Notes under the pieces: generated by a model
Told to the model about the DNA's origin: nothing
Seen by the model: only the letters and a program-made list of their open reading frames with translations
Databases searched by the model: none
IMG/VR virus record: IMGVR_UViG_2585427755_000012
DNA length: 11,516 nt
Source of the DNA: a virus
Taxonomy: Duplodnaviria > Heunggongvirae > Uroviricota > Caudoviricetes
Strand: one strand, 5' to 3'
In this document: one piece after another, positions 8,821-11,516 of the stretch
How positions within the stretch are numbered: the first letter of the stretch is position 1
How the letters are laid out: each line of letters begins with the position of its first letter
Program-made: the position numbers and the translations under genes

Positions 8821-9025
8821 TCATTTTCACTTTCTTAAATCTAACGACAGACGGCTAACATTTAAGTATTGTGAAATATTATCAAATGTAATCATCATTG
8901 ATTTACAAAAGATACATTTTGCCCCGAAAGGATTCCTGTCAGAAACATCAAAAGATGATGTTCTATACTGAGAACCATGGCAACACGGGCATCTAAAGTG
9001 AATATGGTTTGTAATATTTTCTACC

Positions 9026-9238
9026 TCAAAGTGCCACAACATGAACAGCCGCGGGGCCTTTAGGTCCGTTCTCAATACCAAATTCGACTTCCTGATTCTC
9101 AGTTAACGTTTTGAAATCGTTGCTCTGAATAGCTGAGAAATGGACAAACACATCTTTGCTACCATCTTTCGGCGTGATGAAACCAAAACCTTTTTCAGGG
9201 TTAAACCATTTCACTAAACCAGTCATTTTGTTAGACAT
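9026..9238 (-). CDS. cspI: Cold shock protein, CspA family (70 aa)
   Basis: [70 protein letters not shown] carries the RNP1 (KGFGFI) and RNP2 (VFVHF) motifs. AAGG SD upstream; start taken at the second ATG (9238). Confidence 0.92.
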   Translation of the reverse strand: MSNKMTGLVKWFNPEKGFGFITPKDGSKDVFVHFSAIQSNDFKTLTENQEVEFGIENGPKGPAAVHVVAL

Positions 9239-9600
9239 CATTATTACCTTTTGAAGAAGTTAGCCCTTGGGCAGAATGGTCCGAAAAAAAATATCAGAGA
9301 GAAAAACCAACAAGGAAATCTCAAGAGGTACAAATAATAAAATTATAACAATGACTGCTTCAGATAATTTTGTAACAAACCAGAACACCATTAACGCATG
9401 ATTAACCAACCATAGCAAGGATTACTTTTGTAAAGAAAAACACACGAATGAAACAATAGCTTTATTTATTAATAAAACGTGTCATTCTGTCTAATGACCT
9501 TTTATCTTACCCTTAAGATTTCAAGGATTTTGACTCATGGAAGAGTCCTTTTTATTTAAATTTCACATTCAGCGCTAAAAATAATCCGATTTAATATTAA
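9239..9600 (-). promoter_or_regulatory. Promoter and long AT-rich 5' leader of cspI
   Basis: About 360-bp AT-rich non-coding region upstream of cspI. CspA-family cold-shock genes are known to carry long regulatory 5' UTRs. Exact -35/-10 and cold-box positions not resolved by eye. Confidence 0.35.
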
Positions 9601-9601
9601 T

Positions 9602-10629
<1,028 letters not shown>

Positions 10630-10756
10630 GGATATTTATCAGGATTTATCAGTTTCTAATCTCTAGATATGTTAAGCACTCAGCCCGTCAGTGGTGGATA
10701 CTGGCGTGTGTAATAAAGGGGGGATGGCTGATTACCTCTGATAAGGGAATGTAACT

Positions 10757-11053
10757 ATGAACGGTATAGATCCATTCAAACCAATCAGTAAGCAACTTGA
10801 TGTGGTATTACCACAACTGACAAAACACAACGACCTTCTGGATAAAGTGTTGCCTTTTTATATTGCTGTTACCGCAAAATTATCAGGTAAAACTCGAGAA
10901 GAGGTTCTCAAATATAACATGCTGGCTTTAGAAACAATTTTTGGCTCAGAAAAAGCGGGAAAATCACCCAAAGAGCTGGCAGAATCTCAATTTGCTTATA
11001 TGACAAATATAAGAGTATCCGAAATCTTTGATAAGCTACCAGACATTGAATAA
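10757..11053 (+). CDS. Hypothetical protein (98 aa) on the strand opposite to the lysis genes, between holin and endolysin
   Basis: ATG 10757 with AAGGGAA SD 7 nt upstream, in-frame stop 5 codons upstream, TAA at 11051-11053 followed directly by a strong intrinsic terminator. Possibly the locus annotated ydfR in K-12; uncertain. Confidence 0.6.
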   Translation: MNGIDPFKPISKQLDVVLPQLTKHNDLLDKVLPFYIAVTAKLSGKTREEVLKYNMLALETIFGSEKAGKSPKELAESQFAYMTNIRVSEIFDKLPDIE

Positions 11054-11058
11054 TTTCT

Positions 11059-11088
11059 AAGCGGCAGTAATGCCGCTTTATATTTTTT
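11059..11088 (+). terminator. Rho-independent terminator (8-bp perfect stem aagcggca/tgccgctt, GTAA loop, T-rich tail)
   Basis: aagcggca (11059-11066), loop gtaa, tgccgctt (11071-11078), then tatatttttt. The minus-strand 72-aa ORF stop (11080-11078) lies inside the hairpin. Confidence 0.65.
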
Positions 11089-11296
11089 CAGCCAAATCTC
11101 TCAAGAACTGTTTGGCATGTTTTACCGCAGTAACTTCATAATAATCCAAACCAGCTCCTTCAAGTCGCTCAAGGTTGATGTTCAGATCAAAAATTTCACC
11201 GGCAAAACGTTCTTTGTCCTGTAACGTTAAGATTACCGTAACTTTATTCTCAAAATTGCGGGTCCCTTTCACAATCAGTTCATAGTTTTTAGTCAT
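11078..11296 (-). CDS. Hypothetical protein (72 aa), translationally coupled to the upstream pinholin gene
   Basis: ATG 11296 with GAGGAG SD overlapping the holin stop (TAA 11303-11301). No recognisable family; no TM segment apparent. Confidence 0.55.
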   Translation of the reverse strand: MTKNYELIVKGTRNFENKVTVILTLQDKERFAGEIFDLNINLERLEGAGLDYYEVTAVKHAKQFLRDLAEKI

Positions 11297-11300
11297 TGTC

Positions 11301-11516
11301 TTACTCTCCTCTCGCAGCCTTACGCCTGTCTTCTTTAATCTTGAAATAAAGGTTTGTCAGATACGTCAGCATGCCAAATACCAGACTACCCAATACACCT
11401 ATTGCCGCCCACTGTGAGGGTGTGACTTTATCGAGCAACTGTAAAAACCAGTAGCCAGCACTGCCTGCAGAGGTGCTGTAGGCGATGCCCGTTGTTAACT
11501 TATCCATGGATTTCAT
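11301..11516 (-). CDS. essQ: Class II holin / pinholin of the phage 21 S family (71 aa) with dual-start motif
   Basis: [71 protein letters not shown] closely resembles recalled S21. Two TM segments; Met1 and Met4 correspond to the antiholin and holin starts. Start codon sits at the window edge, so the RBS is not visible. Confidence 0.9.
   Translation of the reverse strand: MKSMDKLTTGIAYSTSAGSAGYWFLQLLDKVTPSQWAAIGVLGSLVFGMLTYLTNLYFKIKEDRRKAARGE

Noticed and set aside
7763-9081. ORFs 7763-7948 (+), 8572-8796 (+), 8771-8971 (+), 8827-9081 (-)
   Set aside because: Antisense or out-of-frame overlaps of the 68-aa gene, ynfN and cspI; 8771-8971 crosses the terminator hairpin.

Overview
The window reads as the junction between a chromosomal MFS transporter gene (ydfJ-like, minus strand, 1-1284) and one end of a decayed lambdoid cryptic prophage (about 1285-11516) that closely matches my recollection of the E. 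coli K-12 Qin prophage. No search was run; all identifications are from reading the sequence and recalled family knowledge. Gene order: ydfJ(-), ydfK(+), pinQ(+), tfaQ(-), side tail fiber C-terminal remnant(-), terminase large subunit N-terminal remnant(-), nohA(-), a cos-like site, a 68-aa lambdoid ORF(-), gnsB(-), ynfN(-), cspI(-), Rz/Rz1 spanins(-), SAR endolysin(-), a 98-aa ORF(+), a 72-aa ORF(-), and a phage-21-type pinholin(-) ending at the window edge. The prophage is defective: a deletion fuses terminase codon ~415 to the middle of the tail fiber gene, removing all head and tail genes. I found no CRISPR array, tRNA, rRNA or recognisable defence system (no nuclease, ATPase, methyltransferase or toxin-antitoxin signature). 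The parts most worth a second look are the uncharacterised small ORFs: a 37-aa hydrophobic ORF upstream of ydfK, and the 72-aa and 98-aa ORFs that separate the holin from the endolysin. Honest verdict: this is a largely well-described cryptic prophage region, not an obviously novel system.
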